Positions 9,390-19,795 of a stretch of DNA of 64,000 nt are shown piece by piece (the first letter of the stretch is position 1; each line of letters begins with the position of its first letter). Under the pieces are notes generated by a model. That model did not search any database. It was not told where the DNA came from and saw nothing but the letters and a program-made list of their open reading frames with translations. This DNA is from Candidatus Anderseniibacteriota bacterium (lineage in GTDB: Bacteria > Patescibacteriota > JAUYIX01): contig JAXLZM010000005.1 in NCBI GenBank assembly GCA_046350855.1, forward strand, positions 9,331 to 73,330, written 5' to 3'. Both the position numbers and the translations under genes were made by a program.

Positions 9390-9977
9390 TTACTTTTCGA
9401 CATGTAGATGGCAACGTTGTCGTGCCGGACCGTAGTGCTGGCACTCCGCGTCGTCAAAGACATGTCGTAGGATTTCGCTCTCACACACTTCGCACTTGTT
9501 GTGGCCGGCAGAACTGGCCAGCCAGATGAGCGCAGCGAGTCGGTCGAGACCGGGTTTTCCGGCGTGTGGCCATTCGACGAGTGACCAGGTCAGTGCCACG
9601 ATCCGATCAGTCTTGAGACAGCGTCGTTGTAGTTCATCCTGAACCAGATCGAGATCTGCAAAAGGACTGTCGGGGGCCGGCTCAAAGTGGGCAAACAAAT
9701 CGATCGGCAGGGTCTCACTCCAAAACGTGCTCTTGTCGATGCGGGGTCGATCGATCGTGTACGAATCCTCCTGTATGGAGAGGACTCCGACGATTTGCCC
9801 GGGCAGGTACTCAAAGCTGGAGTGTACCTTAGTAAGGTGCTCGACGATTTGGGGACTCTCGTTAACCTTTTTAAAGGTCGCGAGGCCAATGAGACGGTGA
9901 GGATAGTGAGGTGCCGTTTTTTGTTCGATAGTAGTGACACCGCCCGGAAGAACCCGGAGCGGTTTAGTGCTCAGCAT
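9390..9977 (-). CDS. Hypothetical protein with C-terminal Cys/His cluster (putative zinc-binding)
   Basis: ORF trimmed to the internal ATG (MLSTKPL) to avoid overlap with the recG 3' end. C-terminal HNKCEVCESEILRH...CQH...C pattern. Confidence 0.45.
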   Translation of the reverse strand: MLSTKPLRVLPGGVTTIEQKTAPHYPHRLIGLATFKKVNESPQIVEHLTKVHSSFEYLPGQIVGVLSIQEDSYTIDRPRIDKSTFWSETLPIDLFAHFEPAPDSPFADLDLVQDELQRRCLKTDRIVALTWSLVEWPHAGKPGLDRLAALIWLASSAGHNKCEVCESEILRHVFDDAECQHYGPARQRCHLHVEK

Positions 9978-10086
9978 GGTTGGTCTCCCTTGGGTTGGGT
10001 GCCTTGTGTGTATATGGGCTTGGTAAAGGGCGGCGGAACAGCGACCGGAGATTCTGCAACAGTTATTCGCGTAGGTCAAGTCTACT

Positions 10087-12177
10087 TTACTCGAGGTGCA
10101 ACTGCGTGGCAACGCGACCGACTCGCTGTTTGAGGAGCGGCCACTGACGTAGGCTCGGATCGGCCTGGAGTACGGCCACGGCGGCCTCTTTGGCCTGGGC
10201 TAAAATTCGTGAATCGAGGACCGTCGCAAACTTAAAACTGACCTGACCATGTTGGCGAGTACCAAACGGTTCACCCGGACCGCGTAGCTCGAGATCCGCC
10301 TCAGCTAGGCGAAACCCATCGTTGGTGGTGCAGAGGAGTTGCAGACGCTTGCGGGTCTCGGGGGTGGCGGCATCCGGTACCAGCAAACAGAGCGAGGCTT
10401 TACTGCCGCGGCCGACCCGACCGCGGATCTGGTGCAGCTGAGCCAGTCCAAAACGGTCCGCACTCAGGACAACCATCAGTGTGGCGTTAGGGATGTCGAT
10501 CCCGACCTCGATCACGGGGGTGGTAGCGAGCACCTGGTAACGGCCGGCCCTAAAGTCTCCGATCACTTGGTTTTTTTCTTGGTCGCTCATGCGACCGTGC
10601 AACAAGCCAACCCTGATTGGTTGAGGGGCGCTGCCGAGCTGTTTTTGTAATTCTGCGTACTCTGCTAAGACTGCCCGGGCTTGTAACTTGTCACTCGCCT
10701 CGATGAGCGGGAACATCACAAAAACCTGTTGGCCGCCCGCCACGGTTTTTTTAATCGTCTTGAGTAAGGTTGTGTGCGCTTTTTTTGGAACAATTTTGGT
10801 GGTGATTGGGGCGCGTCGCTTAGGTTTTTGATCGAGGACCGAGAGATCCAGATCACCGTAGAGGGTGAGAGCCAGGGAGCGGGGGATCGGTGTAGCGGTC
10901 ATGGAGAGCAAGTGTGGTAAATGATTGGGTAAACGCACTTTGGTCTTAAGGAGCTGCCGCTGTTTGACCCCAAAACGGTGCTGCTCATCTACAACGACGA
11001 GGTGTAATTGTTTAAAGGTAACGCGCGGCTGCAAAATGGCGTGCGTGCCGACCACCACCGAGAGCGTGCCAGCCGCGAGTTGTTTTTTGAGGGCTACGGT
11101 CTCGGCTGAACTACTCACCAGGAGCGCCACCGTGATGCCAAACGGTTTGAGGAGCGTCGTCAGGGTCGTGTAATGCTGCTCGGCCAAGATCACGGTTGGT
11201 GCTAAAACCGCCGCTTGACCACCACTGCGTGCCACCGCCAGTAAGGCCATAGCCGCGACTACGGTTTTCCCCGAGCCAACGTCGCCCTCAAGCAGGCGGT
11301 TCATGGGGTGAGGCTTGGCGAGGTCTTGCACGATTTGCCAGGCTGCTTTGCGCTGCGCGTCGGTCAGTGTATAGGGGAGCTTGGCGACAAACTCTTGTAG
11401 GAGCTCCGGTACGACCGGAGTAGGGCGCGCCTGCACCTGGATCAGGGAGGCCCGCTCGCGTAAGACAAAGAGAGAGAGCAAAAACAGCTCTTCAAAAGTC
11501 ATACGCAGGCGCGCCCGGTCCAAGGCCTCTGGGTTCGACCCCGGAAAATGCAATTGTGTGAGCGCCAGGCTACGGTCGAGCAGGTCGTACCGCTTGCGTA
11601 CACTCGGCGGTACCACATCGGGGGTGTGCTGGACCGTTTGCAAGGCCTGCTTGATCCAGTACCGCATTTGCTTAGTCGTGATCCGCCCGGTCAGGGGATA
11701 GATCGGCTGCAGCGCCCCCTTACCAAGGGCGATGGCCGGATCACGCACCACCTCCGGGCTCTCCAACGTCAGTCGACCCTTGTAGCGACTAATCTTGCCA
11801 CGTAAAAAAGCGATCTTGCCCGCGAGTGCCTCCACCAGGTACGGCTGGTTGAACCAGGTTACCGCGAGACTACCTGTCTCATCATTGAGCAACCCCTCTT
11901 GGATGGTTAGTCGTCGCCTAAAACTGCGTCGATTGGTAATCGAGACTACTTGCGCACAAATGAGAACCGGCTGTCCGTTAGCCCCGGTCGGTATACCGAT
12001 CGACCCAATCGAAACCGGTCGACCGTAGTGCTCGTGGCGGCGGGGGAGATGTTCGGCCAACTCTTGTACGGTCCGGATACCCAAGGTTTGTAACTCACGC
12101 ACCGCGGCGGGTCCCACACCGTGCAGACGTGAGACTGGGTCGCTGGGTACTACACGCTGAGTCAGGGTTACGGACAT
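10087..12177 (-). CDS. recG: ATP-dependent DNA helicase RecG
   Basis: GDVGSGKT Walker A, DEQHRFGV Walker B, wedge/OB N-domain and C-terminal RecG helicase motifs. Start trimmed to MSVTLTQ (12177) so it does not overlap the tRNA. Confidence 0.9.
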   Translation of the reverse strand: MSVTLTQRVVPSDPVSRLHGVGPAAVRELQTLGIRTVQELAEHLPRRHEHYGRPVSIGSIGIPTGANGQPVLICAQVVSITNRRSFRRRLTIQEGLLNDETGSLAVTWFNQPYLVEALAGKIAFLRGKISRYKGRLTLESPEVVRDPAIALGKGALQPIYPLTGRITTKQMRYWIKQALQTVQHTPDVVPPSVRKRYDLLDRSLALTQLHFPGSNPEALDRARLRMTFEELFLLSLFVLRERASLIQVQARPTPVVPELLQEFVAKLPYTLTDAQRKAAWQIVQDLAKPHPMNRLLEGDVGSGKTVVAAMALLAVARSGGQAAVLAPTVILAEQHYTTLTTLLKPFGITVALLVSSSAETVALKKQLAAGTLSVVVGTHAILQPRVTFKQLHLVVVDEQHRFGVKQRQLLKTKVRLPNHLPHLLSMTATPIPRSLALTLYGDLDLSVLDQKPKRRAPITTKIVPKKAHTTLLKTIKKTVAGGQQVFVMFPLIEASDKLQARAVLAEYAELQKQLGSAPQPIRVGLLHGRMSDQEKNQVIGDFRAGRYQVLATTPVIEVGIDIPNATLMVVLSADRFGLAQLHQIRGRVGRGSKASLCLLVPDAATPETRKRLQLLCTTNDGFRLAEADLELRGPGEPFGTRQHGQVSFKFATVLDSRILAQAKEAAVAVLQADPSLRQWPLLKQRVGRVATQLHLE

Positions 12178-12213
12178 AGGCAACAGTGTACACCGCACTA
12201 CTTGGTGCGGCAC

Positions 12214-12290
12214 TGGTGTGCCCGGGAGGATTCGAACCTCCGACCCCCAGCTCCGCAAGCTGATGCTCTAATCCACTGAGCTACGGGCAC
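12214..12290 (-). tRNA. tRNA-Arg (anticodon GCG read from loop TTGCGGA)
   Basis: Cloverleaf GTGCCCGTAGCTCAGTGGATTAGAGCATCAGCTTGCGGAGCTGGGGGTCGGAGGTTCGAATCCTCCCGGGCACACCA on the minus strand, with encoded CCA. Confidence 0.8.
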
Positions 12291-12324
12291 GAGATGTATG
12301 TGCGTGTGCTGGAAGTTCTGCCAA

Positions 12325-12564
12325 TTAGAGCTTAAACGTCCGCGCCACCAGATCCACGTGACTTTCTTCTTTACTGGGATCTTCGGGCAACAATGGTAAC
12401 AGGATGTCGCGGATTTTCAAGGGGTTCTCGTTGAGCAGCTCAATAGACAGCTCGTTGATCACCCGCGTGCGGCGTTGCAAGTGGAGTTGTTTGAGGGTGG
12501 GTGGTTCATACAAAATCCAAAATTTGGAGAACTCACGCCAGGGGTAGAACTGCTCGTTGAGCAT
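12325..12564 (-). CDS. Small hypothetical protein
   Basis: 79-aa ORF following the tRNA. No domain recognised. Confidence 0.3.
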   Translation of the reverse strand: MLNEQFYPWREFSKFWILYEPPTLKQLHLQRRTRVINELSIELLNENPLKIRDILLPLLPEDPSKEESHVDLVARTFKL

Positions 12565-12656
12565 GAGTCCCAGACTAAAAAGCGTACGCGCAGACGTTTG
12601 TTTTTACGGTGACACTGGTAAAAAGGACCAAGGCGAGGTGAGCCAAGACGGCAGCA

Positions 12657-14422
12657 CTAAGGTAGAGACGCAGGACGATCGTGAGGGCCACCAGACCGGC
12701 AAAGACGCCGACAATATATTGATAAACCAACCGCGTAGCGCGCCGCGGTTGAGTGAACTCTCACCTGTAAATGGGAACACCCCGCTGGGCCGCGGACTGC
12801 GTATCGCCGTTTTTGGCCCTTTCGATCAGACGACCGCCTTCCGTCGATGACGGGTTGCCCGCTACCGTCTCGCTCATGGCGCGATTGGGCGCTCCAGGAG
12901 TGATGGTTTGGGCGTTGACCTGCTTGGTAAGATTGGCCGTGCCTTGCCCGGTGGCGGCAGCGGCTCAGGCTTTTTTTTACGATTAAAATGAGGCCCATGG
13001 CGCGTTTGGTTTAGCATGGCTTAGCGCCGACTTGCCGAGACCGCAGTGCCGCCCGCGACGATAGTGGTATGGTTGACCCTGCTCGGGGCTCGTAGAGCGC
13101 GTTTGGGTAACTCGGGCACAATCGTGAACTGGTAAGGATTTCAGCGAAACTGACCTGTTCGATCGCGTCTAACTCTTTGCGCTGGTCTGGGGTCGTCGCA
13201 ACGAGATGGCATGACCACCCGCCCCGGTCGGGCGCAGGGTTCGCTGGGTGCGGCACGTAGTCCCTTAGGTGTTAGTGGGTAACCAAAGCCGAGCACGAGC
13301 TCGAACCCGGTCACGTCGATGCCGCGCGAGGCGATGTCCTCACGGCGACCAAGACTCGGTACTTACCATCAGCGCCCGCCAGCGCGTCGCGGCGTTGTCC
13401 GAGGGAGCGGTTGGCGTAACTCGGCTGCGGTGTGGCCGAGATCACGGATCTTACGGGTCAGTTTTTTGGCACCGTACAATTTCAGGTGTGTAAAGATCAG
13501 CGTTGTGCCGCGGTACTTCGTATATTTGGCTGCGAGATCCAACTTAGACTCTTTTAAACATAAAGATTTCTTGGGTAACGCGCTCGGCGGTGAGCCTGCG
13601 GGGCTACCTCGATACGGATCGGTAGCCGCATGTAGCGCTTGGCCATACGCATGATTTGTCCGGCACGGTGGCCGAGAACAGTACAGAAGGTCTGTCGCTC
13701 GTAGGCTGCTCAGAAAACTGTTCGATCTGCGGGCAAACCCCATATCGAGCATACGATCAGCCTTACTCAACACGACGATCCGCGTGGCGTCTAAGCACCG
13801 TTCTTTGTTGTAGGTGATCGTTGAGCTGACCGCGTTGTTGAGGATCACGACGTGCGGATTTTTGCAGGCAGCGCACCGTTAGTGTCCGCATCGAGGCGCC
13901 TCCGATTAGACCGCCGTGCGCAGCCAAAATCCGGCGCCGACTGTACGTGGAGCGCCTCGTCCACTTGCAGAGCGAGTTCCCGAGCTGGCAGGATGATCAA
14001 CCTGGACCGCGCGCACTTTATCGAGCTGCAGCAGCGGGATCCCGGGTGCGCCAAGGTTCAACGGTGCTGTCGGCAATGCCGTCTACATCTTTACCTTCGA
14101 TCGCCACGGGAATAGCCTGCCGCGTTGACGGGCGTGGGGGTGGCGTAGTTGAGTTGTGCGAGTTTACCGAGGAGGGTTTTGCGCGATGCCGAGTCCCGAA
14201 AATCCAGAAATGGCAAGGGCTGATACTGCACTAGCTGACGATACTGGTACTGGTTGAACAAAGTTCGAAGAAAAGAGAGCTACCGATGTTCCGGTAGCTC
14301 AGGTCGTGTTGTGGGTCTGACTTAGGCGGCGTAGGCGCGTCGCCGTCGCCGCAGCAGGGCGAGCGGCTCGCGAGTGGCGAGAGAAAGAGCTCCAGTGCCT
14401 CCTGGTCGTTGTGCCTGACCAC
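12657..14422 (-). pseudogene. Degraded DEAD-box RNA helicase (frameshifted, catalytic motifs mutated)
   Basis: Consecutive minus-strand ORF fragments carry, in order, AHPGSRCC (motif I GSGKT ruined), LIILPARELALQV (motif Ia), VVLSKADRMLDMGF (motif II DEAD changed to SKAD), LVATTPDQRKELD (motif V remnant) and CRHRARHGQ (motif VI remnant). They are split over at least five frames. Confidence 0.6.
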
Positions 14423-14445
14423 GTGTCGGGTCTGACCGATTGCCC

Positions 14446-15402
14446 TTACGTTTTTCCTGGATCAAGACACTGGCGGCTTGCAGGAGACCGACACGATAAC
14501 GAGCGAGCGCCTGCCGTGGTCCAGGCGTTCGATGGCGCGCATGGCCGTGTCAGGGTTATTCGAGCAGATACGCGGATATATTCGCCCTGCGCCAACATTC
14601 TCGGGCGCATGGGGAGCGTTTCGCACGCTGCGAACGGTCGCGCCCGGTCAAAGTCGATCATGACCAGCGAGGTTCCGCGCATGCGTGCACTTGAGCAACA
14701 CACTGGCGTTGCAGTTGTTGGCGAGGCGGGCAGCGTGTTCCAGTAGCCGACCGGGTAGCTGGTCAAAGGCCTCCCGGTTGATCTGCAGTCTGATCTTTCT
14801 CGTGAGGGTCGCGTGATACCATCGATAAGGTGCAACATGGTGTGCTGCACACTCCTGGTACCGTACCCAGGTTCCCAACGTTCCTGATCGTAAAGGCGCG
14901 CACGGCGTCTTGAAAACCGCGCGTCTCCTTAATCCGTATTTGCATGGCGTTCTTCCTCGCTTTTAAATGAGCATCAAAACTAGGCGCTACCCTACCCGAT
15001 CTTGGCGCACGACGCAATCTTTGGCAGCATGACCCAATGGTCGTACGCAATTGGTGGCACCTGGTTCAATACACAGGGCGTACCGGCCTTCGGAGCCGGC
15101 GTTGCGCTGGCGGTTACCACAGCAGTCCTCAATCTCTGAACCATCCCTCGGCTGATACTTCGTATGCCAGCCCACGTGGTCGAGCGCGGCTTTTGCCTAA
15201 CCAGGTTTGGTACTTTGCATTTGGGCCGGATTTGCAATACCGTAGCTAATTTTGTGACCTCGCTCACGCCGATTGTGGTAAGTACTGACAGGAACTGTTC
15301 CATCCCCGTCATTACGCCCACGGTGTCGCTCGGTGATGACGGTCTCGCCTCGTCGAGCCAGGTAGTGCTGCGTCGAATCAATCGTTCAAAATCGTAGATC
15401 AA
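14446..15402 (-). pseudogene. Unidentified degraded gene (overlapping frameshifted minus-strand ORF fragments)
   Basis: Four overlapping minus-strand ORFs of 76-136 aa in different frames form one ~1 kb fragmented reading unit. No confident family assignment. Confidence 0.3.
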
Positions 15403-16048
15403 GCCCAGCTACCAAAGGTGTTTATCTTGTGCTGCTCGTAACCATTTCAGATGTTAGTCGGCAGAGTCCCCTTTATCGGCATCCAGCTTCGGTGGCGGCC
15501 GTCTCCTGCTCACGCCCTGTTCTGGCTTCAACTCGGTGGATCGCCGGACGCGAGCCCTGGAATGCCGCCCGGCATTACCGGCTGATCAGCGCTTCGCCTT
15601 CGTAGCGACGGGACGACCGTGGCGAGATGGTGCCGATGGTCACGAGTACACCCGGCGGACGAGTGCGCCGGTGTATCGACGGTTCAAACGATGGGTGGAT
15701 TTAAGGCGAAATCGCTTTGCTCGTCGATCTCAGGAAAGAGCGTCGCGGCGACCGTATTCCCGGTGTACCTGGTCGCCGAGCTTCGTCCAGCGGCAAAGAG
15801 CCTACTGCACAGAAAGGCGTTATGCATTGGGTTTTTTTTTTTTTATTAGGGGGATCTGTCGCAGGGAGCCTGAGTCACGCGGACAGGCAAACACGCATAC
15901 TGTTTGCTCACGTGCCAGGTGCCACACATTACTTCCCGCGCGCCGAAAGAGCACTTGGCAAAATTGTTTGGATCTATTCCCGCCTTCGGATGTTTGGGCT
16001 GGGCTTGTGCACGGGATTGGATACCCTCCCGGGTCTGTTGCCGCGGTG

Positions 16049-16519
16049 ATGACCCCCGGAGCTGGCACACGGCCGGGTCGCACGGTCAACACCTATACCA
16101 TTGTGTTGGTCCTCTCAATTTTTGGAGTGTTGGTCCATCTGGCTTGGTATGTGCTCCACCGCCTCAAGCACTACGCGCAGCTCCCGCACAATACGCAAAC
16201 GATTCTGCGTACTTTTTGGCTGCGACCGATCTGGCTCGTCGGTTGTCTACTTGCGCTTGGTTGGGTACTCGCTAGTCCCAAGTCACATATCGGTCTGGCC
16301 TGGCGTAATGTGCTCTCTGGGAGCGCCATACACTATGACCGACAACTGCTCGATCGCTACGCACACATTAAAAATAGTTCCGAGCAGGACGTGTTGGTCC
16401 CGGCCCTAACTGATGTGCCGACCACGCTCTTTTTTGATGACATCACCAGCGATCCGCTCGATTGGCGTAATACCAGCTACGCACGTTTTTTTGGCAAACG
16501 AACTATCATCCGTCGCTAG
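16049..16519 (+). CDS. Hypothetical membrane protein (two predicted TM helices)
   Basis: C-terminal 156 aa of a long Arg-rich spurious-looking ORF. This part has a plausible hydrophobic profile (IVLVLSIFGVLVHLAWYVL; IWLVGCLLALGWVLA). Confidence 0.3.
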   Translation: MTPGAGTRPGRTVNTYTIVLVLSIFGVLVHLAWYVLHRLKHYAQLPHNTQTILRTFWLRPIWLVGCLLALGWVLASPKSHIGLAWRNVLSGSAIHYDRQLLDRYAHIKNSSEQDVLVPALTDVPTTLFFDDITSDPLDWRNTSYARFFGKRTIIRR

Positions 16520-17174
16520 CCGCAGCGCGTACCGCCGCAACAAAGGCAGCAACTTTTTTTAAATCTTTGCGCGTCCCATCCGGTGCATCGGTTTTACTTT
16601 TGCAATCGACGCCCGCTGGATGGCTGGTCGCAATCGCAGCCGCGACGTTATCGGGTCCTAGGCCACCCGCAATAACCACCGGGATCTTGACGCTCTCGAC
16701 GATTTGCCGATCGAGGTTCCAGTCGTGGGTTTTGCCGGTGGCGCCGATGATGGTCCCTTTAGGTAGCACGGTATCGGTCAACAAAAAATCAGCGATGCCA
16801 TCATAGCGCTTGGCTTCCTCAATGCTCTCGGGTCCGGTCACGGGGATCACGCGCATTAGCTGGACCGTGGGACACTCTTTTTTGAGCCAACCTGCATCCT
16901 CCGGCGAGAACTGGTCCGGAAACGTCCCAATCTGCACGATGTCCGGCTTAAGTTGTTTGAGAATCTCCGCCATGTAGTGTCGATCGTGCGACAAAAATAG
17001 TGCCACCCTTTTTGCCGGAGGCCTCACCGTTGCAAAAATCTCCTGTGCCTCGGTGCTCGATTTTTCTCGGGGGAATTTTCCTTCACCAACTAATACTCCA
17101 ATGTGATCCACCCCAGCCTTGACCAGGGCGCGGGCTTCTGTGGCGGATTGGGTTTCGTAGATCTGGATAAGCAT
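16506..17174 (-). CDS. trpF: Phosphoribosylanthranilate isomerase
   Basis: MLIQIYETQSATEARALVKAGVDHIGVL and a C-terminal GGLGPDNV...GVDCKSKTD...KD..K match the PRAI TIM-barrel pattern. Start set at the internal ATG. Confidence 0.75.
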   Translation of the reverse strand: MLIQIYETQSATEARALVKAGVDHIGVLVGEGKFPREKSSTEAQEIFATVRPPAKRVALFLSHDRHYMAEILKQLKPDIVQIGTFPDQFSPEDAGWLKKECPTVQLMRVIPVTGPESIEEAKRYDGIADFLLTDTVLPKGTIIGATGKTHDWNLDRQIVESVKIPVVIAGGLGPDNVAAAIATSHPAGVDCKSKTDAPDGTRKDLKKVAAFVAAVRAAASDG

Positions 17175-17199
17175 TGTCTTAGCGTACACTAATCGCCAG

Positions 17200-17574
17200 C
17201 TACTTTTTGTGGTAGGCACCCGCCCGGTTTTCTTTGAGGCGTAGGGTGACGACTTTTTTGATCAGGGCGACTGGCAACGGTCTGTCGTGAGCAAACTGTA
17301 AGGTACCAACCGAGGTTTTGTAGGGTTTGAGTTCCGCCCTGAGTTTTTTATGCATCCCGGTCGAACCACCCGGAAACAAACTGCAATGTTTTTTAAACGC
17401 CCCAAAAGCTATCAACATGCCGTTGTATTTGTAGTAGGGGATTTGGTAGCTAATACCTTCGCTGGCCTTAGGTGCGACCGCCCGAATCACTGTGCGCAGC
17501 TGCCTGAGGTGCGCTTGAGCCTCTTTGGGCGCGGCCGCGATGTAAGCCGTCACGGTTTTGGGAGCTTTGTGCAT
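17200..17574 (-). CDS. DUF1801-family (YdhG-like) protein
   Basis: 124 aa with the pattern typical of DUF1801 proteins (AYIAAAPKEAQ...ISYQIPYYKYNGMLIAF...). Confidence 0.5.
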   Translation of the reverse strand: MHKAPKTVTAYIAAAPKEAQAHLRQLRTVIRAVAPKASEGISYQIPYYKYNGMLIAFGAFKKHCSLFPGGSTGMHKKLRAELKPYKTSVGTLQFAHDRPLPVALIKKVVTLRLKENRAGAYHKK

Positions 17575-17577
17575 GCC

Positions 17578-18624
17578 CTAAGTGTACCGCACCAGCCGTT
17601 GCACGATTGCTCGCGCGTCCCGGCCAACGCCACTGAGTAACCCCGAGCTTACGGTCGCTTGAAATTTAAGTCCCACAAAATAGAGTCCCGGTATGGTCGA
17701 ACTACCCGTGCGGTGTACGGGTAGTTTGTCCGGATCCAGCCCCGGGATTTTGATCCAAGAGTAGTTGGGCACAAATCCCGTCGCCCAAATAATACTAGTA
17801 AAATGCTCTTTGGTTTGGTCGGCAAAAAGGAGTGCATCCCCAGAGACCCCCACGACGGCTGGCTTTAGGTGCACTTTTTTATTTTTGAGCAGATCGCGTA
17901 GTTCTGTGCCGATAATCGGCTCAGGTCGACGAGCTAGGGCAGAACCCGGCCAATGGCTGACCGAAGCTCTGAGGAGTCCAAGTCTTTTGAGCCAAACCAT
18001 CCAACTCTTCCCCAAAATAATTTGCCGGATAAAACGAGGTTGCGTACGAGAGGCAACCGTGACCGGATGGGTCGGGGCGAGTTCCACCGCAATTTGCGCT
18101 CCCGAGTTACCGAGGCCAACTACGAGCACGCTGCCTTTTGGAATCTGTCTGGGGGTACGGTAATTCGCGGTATGTATTTTAAAAACCCGTGCGCTGAGTG
18201 AGGCAGCAAAGGGCGGAACGTACGGTTTTTGGAACGGCCCGGTCGCAACAATTACATTTTTTGCCTCGTAGGTGCCCTGGGTTGTGTCTATGACAAAGTG
18301 GTCTGCCTGTTTTTGTAGGGTGCGGACCTGGGCCTGCAACTGGATCGGTAGCGCAAACCGCTTGGCGTACGATTGTAGGTAGGCCGCGACTTGATCTTTA
18401 CTTGGGTACTCATCTGGGCGACCAGGAAAAGCGAGTCCCGGTAACGCGTTAAAGGCGTTGGGCGAAAATAGTCGTAAGCTGTCGTAGCGTTGCCTCCAAC
18501 TCTGTCCGAGCGCGCTAGCTTGGTCCAAAAGCAAAAAAGACAACTTAGTTTGTCGTAGGTAATATCCCGTTGTGAGACCTGCTTGCCCTGCCCCGATAAC
18601 GATCACGTCGTACTGAGTCGACAT
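17578..18624 (-). CDS. FAD-dependent monooxygenase / NAD(P)-binding oxidoreductase (FMO/CzcO-like)
   Basis: N-terminal DVIVIGAGQAGL Rossmann motif and a second GLGNSG dinucleotide motif. 348 aa. Confidence 0.7.
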   Translation of the reverse strand: MSTQYDVIVIGAGQAGLTTGYYLRQTKLSFLLLDQASALGQSWRQRYDSLRLFSPNAFNALPGLAFPGRPDEYPSKDQVAAYLQSYAKRFALPIQLQAQVRTLQKQADHFVIDTTQGTYEAKNVIVATGPFQKPYVPPFAASLSARVFKIHTANYRTPRQIPKGSVLVVGLGNSGAQIAVELAPTHPVTVASRTQPRFIRQIILGKSWMVWLKRLGLLRASVSHWPGSALARRPEPIIGTELRDLLKNKKVHLKPAVVGVSGDALLFADQTKEHFTSIIWATGFVPNYSWIKIPGLDPDKLPVHRTGSSTIPGLYFVGLKFQATVSSGLLSGVGRDARAIVQRLVRYT

Positions 18625-18628
18625 GGCT

Positions 18629-18940
18629 TTAGGATTTTGTACTTCGTTTTGCTAGCACTCCTCTAACAGAAGGACTGAGCGCTTTATCTTTGCGGTGAAT
18701 ACAGCCGATCCAACAGCACGGTCGTCGCATGCCCTCTTTGAGCTCGCTGATCGTGCGTCGCACGTGGTCAGCGCGTGTCGCGTCCTGCTTGACAAAGGTG
18801 ACCCAGCAAATCCACTCGTTGCGGGCGAGTGGCGTGAGACTTTTCCATTCTGTCAGTGCTTCTCGATCGGCTGACAAAGCTTTTTTTAAATCCGTCGGGA
18901 GCGCATGAACCGTACCGCCCGCGACACTTTTTGTGCTCAT
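18629..18940 (-). CDS. YdeI/OmpD-associated family protein (short)
   Basis: LPTDLKKALSADREALTEWKSLTPLARNEWICWV pattern. Start trimmed to MSTKS to clear the tRNA-Ser. Confidence 0.45.
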   Translation of the reverse strand: MSTKSVAGGTVHALPTDLKKALSADREALTEWKSLTPLARNEWICWVTFVKQDATRADHVRRTISELKEGMRRPCCWIGCIHRKDKALSPSVRGVLAKRSTKS

Positions 18941-19002
18941 GAGAGTACTGTACCAAATTAAGACGATACTGTTTGTTCGTATTGTACCTAGCAGCCATGT
19001 GG

Positions 19003-19092
19003 TGGCGGAGAGGGTGGGATTCGAACCCACGAGACCCGTAAAGGTCTAACAGTTTTCAAGACTGCCGCCTTCAACCGCTCAGCCACCTCTCC
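19003..19092 (-). tRNA. tRNA-Ser (anticodon TGA), long variable arm
   Basis: GGAGAGGTGGCTGAGCGGTTGAAGGCGGCAGTCTTGAAAACTG...GGGTTCGAATCCCACCCTCTCCGCCA on the minus strand. Confidence 0.85.
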
Positions 19093-19204
19093 GTGCGATG
19101 ATCTTGCCGTAGTCCGTTCATCTTGACAATGCTGGTTTGGCACGTTACTTTAGCCCGTTGCTCTTTAATACAAGGGCACACTATCTCAGCCAAGGAGGTA
19201 ACAG

Positions 19205-19726
19205 ATGAACCCCGAAGAACGTGCCGAACACTGGCGACTTGCGCGCAAAGTGGCGCAACGCGAGATACGGCTTGAGAGAAATCAGAGACTGGCCAAAAAA
19301 GATCGGATGATGCGTGCGGTTGTCAGGGAAGACAAGCGGCTCTTGAACGATGCGCTCGTCGCACTCACCGTACAGGCACGGGCAATGCTCGACGCCGCTC
19401 GATCGGTCGAACAAATACTCCAAGATCGCAGTGACGCCTTGGATGCTTCTTTGTTAGGAAGTTTCTTGGAGGCGGCCCAGGACTGGGCACATCGACTGAA
19501 TGCTGATTTGTTGGATGATCCGGCGGGTGATGAGCAATACTTCGCCGATCGGCAGGATTCCGAGAATGCCGAGCGTTGGGCACAGTTCAAGCTGGACGTC
19601 GAAGCCGGTAAAGTAGAAAAGATAGCAGAGAAGCTCTTCTTGATCTTTGCCAGTATCCGTCAAGACTTGCACGGCGAGCTAGAGCTCCCACCGTTCCCCA
19701 AACTCGATCCGCCTACCCTAGAGTAG
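19205..19726 (+). CDS. Hypothetical protein
   Basis: 173-aa ORF followed by a strong intrinsic terminator. Confidence 0.5.
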   Translation: MNPEERAEHWRLARKVAQREIRLERNQRLAKKDRMMRAVVREDKRLLNDALVALTVQARAMLDAARSVEQILQDRSDALDASLLGSFLEAAQDWAHRLNADLLDDPAGDEQYFADRQDSENAERWAQFKLDVEAGKVEKIAEKLFLIFASIRQDLHGELELPPFPKLDPPTLE

Positions 19727-19744
19727 TGTTTGGTCAGACAGTCC

Positions 19745-19775
19745 GACGAACGGCACACCGTTCGTCTTTTTTTAT
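19745..19775 (+). terminator. Rho-independent terminator
   Basis: gacgaacgg-cacac-cgttcgtc hairpin followed by T7. Confidence 0.75.
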
Positions 19776-19795
19776 CTCAAAAAGAAAACCGCAGG

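Noticed and set aside
12557-16520. Possibility that the ORF-poor, many-frame region is an rRNA operon or other large structured RNA
   Set aside because: No 16S/23S signature strings (e.g. GTGCCAGCAGCCGCGGTAA, GGATTAGATACCC) are present. Instead, minus-strand translations give ordered DEAD-box helicase motif remnants, so the region is better explained as decayed protein-coding DNA.
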